Assembly (NCBI RefSeq): GCF_006345805.1
Contig: NC_042999.1
Coordinates: forward strand, 17,732,001 to 17,796,000
Source: Octopus sinensis
Taxonomy: Eukaryota
Direction of reading: 5' to 3'
DNA length: 64,000 nucleotides
Shown: positions 62,175 to 64,000 of the stretch, in pieces
How positions within the stretch are numbered: position 1 is the stretch's first letter
How the letters are laid out: each line of letters begins with the position of its first letter
Notes under the pieces: model-generated
What the model saw: only the letters and a program-made list of their open reading frames with translations
Told to the model about the DNA's origin: nothing
Databases searched by the model: none
Made by a program: the position numbers and the translations under genes

Positions 62175-64000
62175 GCACATACACGCACACACACACACAC
62201 ACGCACACACGCACACACACACGCACACACACTCACACACACACACACAAACACACACACGCACATATATATATATATATATATACATACATATACACAC
62301 ACACACATATATATATATACACAATACAATAGGACAGGAAAGCAAATTGACCAGACAGTTAGGTGATACAAGAAAGGGCCCACAAAACATCGGAGTTTTC
62401 TTTCCTCATCGAGTTCCAGATTATCTTTGCAATTTCCGCTCCAATATATATATATAGCAAATGTGCTGTCTAGACGCTTTTGATTGGCGTGCATTCGTAA
62501 GTTTTGGGGAACGATCTCTGCCCCGGTAAATGTTTTTGAGTAACTATGTTTATATCACATTGTCTAATCGAGTCCAATTCAAATGAATTTTACCCTCATC
62601 TTTACGTAGCTCTTTCTCACGCTACTCGTCACATCGTTGATCTTCGTTTGGGTCATGTGTAAAATGTTAGAGAATGCGTCTAAATCTACTCTCGATTACA
62701 TACATATTTACAGAAAATTGTAAATTTACAGTACAAACTACCATGTAATAAAAGAATTGAAGGCTTAGATTTTTATGCGTTGTCCGCCATAACAACGTGA
62801 GTAATTAGAATGTAACATCGGACGAATATTGACGTTGAAAATGCATCCCAGTGTTTAAATTCAACACTCGTGTCAACTATATTAAAAGTTAAATAAATAT
62901 ACGTATTCTCACAGCGACGAATATTAATTCTTTGACTCGCTGTCAAATGCACTTTTAGGAAAATTACATTATGACACATTGTCTCCTGCGGATTTTTAAG
63001 AATATTTCCCATGTCTCTGGAATGGAATAAATTTGCAGAAAGACAGTGATAATACTTTATGTTCAAATCTCGTCTTTATATGATTCAATCAACTTTTATC
63101 AACGAAATACAAAGCCATGTTTTTCCTGCTCAATTGAAATAATGTACAAGAACATATTGAAACTGTTATTATGCGAACACACTCAAGAAACATGCTATCC
63201 TATAGACCGATATGAAATCAATACAGGCTGAAACTGCGCTAGCAAAATGTATAATATATAACTCAAATATAAATTATGGGATATCTCACGAAAAATCTTA
63301 TACTAGCACGTACATAGTCATACAAGTGAGCATACACACATGCACAGAAACATACACACGCATAACTTTTATGTGTTAGTATGCGTGCACATGTGATTGC
63401 TCGAGTTCTGAGGTTGCCGAGGAAGTTAAAAATGAAAGCACATATATATCAGATAAAAAAAAGCTGTGGAGCATATGTTGATAGAAATCGACCTAATAAT
63501 ACACGTCTGCATATTTACATAATGCTGTCTTCTTTGTTTTAGTTATGTTGTCATTGATGTACAAGGATAACAAATATATATTTCTGTTTTTGTTGTTTGT
63601 TATATGCAAAACTTATTACACTGTATAGATTACACTGAGGAAAAAGTTGTCTGCGATTTGGTAGATGTGCTTTTATCTTTATCACAGAAATTGATGCAAA
63701 CATCATGTTATCATAACTGGCATGTTCAGAGTTAGCAAAAATAATGGAAAGCATTATAGAAATTTTGAGAATTTAGTGTATAATAACTATTTACAGTAGG
63801 TATGAAATTATATCATAAACGGAAGAATTGTCTAGACGATGAATTTTTCGTCATTTATGTAATTAATTAACGACAAGAATTAACTCGTAATTCATCTCGT
63901 TTTTCTCTTTTCTGTCATTGTTGATTAATGATAATTGAATATTATTGTATGTATATATGTATGTTACATTATGTATCTATGTGTGTATGTAAGTGTATAT

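Noticed and set aside
62773-63066. 97-aa minus ORF containing MGNILK (myristoylation-like start)
   Set aside because: No homology or splice support; ORFs of this length occur by chance across six frames

Overview
AT-rich eukaryotic non-coding DNA (intergenic or intronic) with many (TA)n, (CA)n, (AAT)n and (GATA)n microsatellites. The SINE, LINE and mariner repertoire looks like an octopod cephalopod genome; this is an inference from repeat style, not a database hit. No host protein-coding gene can be called with confidence, and most ORF-track entries are microsatellite or SINE read-through. Recognisable coding remnants are all from transposons: a rearranged Penelope-like element (RT plus GIY-YIG), Tc1 and mariner transposase fragments, and CR1-like, RTE-like and R4/Dong-like LINE pieces. 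Three tRNA-derived SINE families contribute roughly 25-30 full or partial copies. The most notable signal is a set of minimal type I hammerhead ribozyme (HHR) motifs with self-complementary stem III. One lies in the Penelope terminus and others in short non-autonomous elements, one of which has a tRNA-like module upstream of the ribozyme. Other oddities: 70-80 bp direct repeats flanking a SINE and a TIR-less Tc1 fragment, two large fold-back structures, a tandem SINE array, and a diverged ~220 bp duplicate (17.2 kb and 62 kb) with codon-periodic substitutions. Boundaries were read by eye and may be off by some bases.
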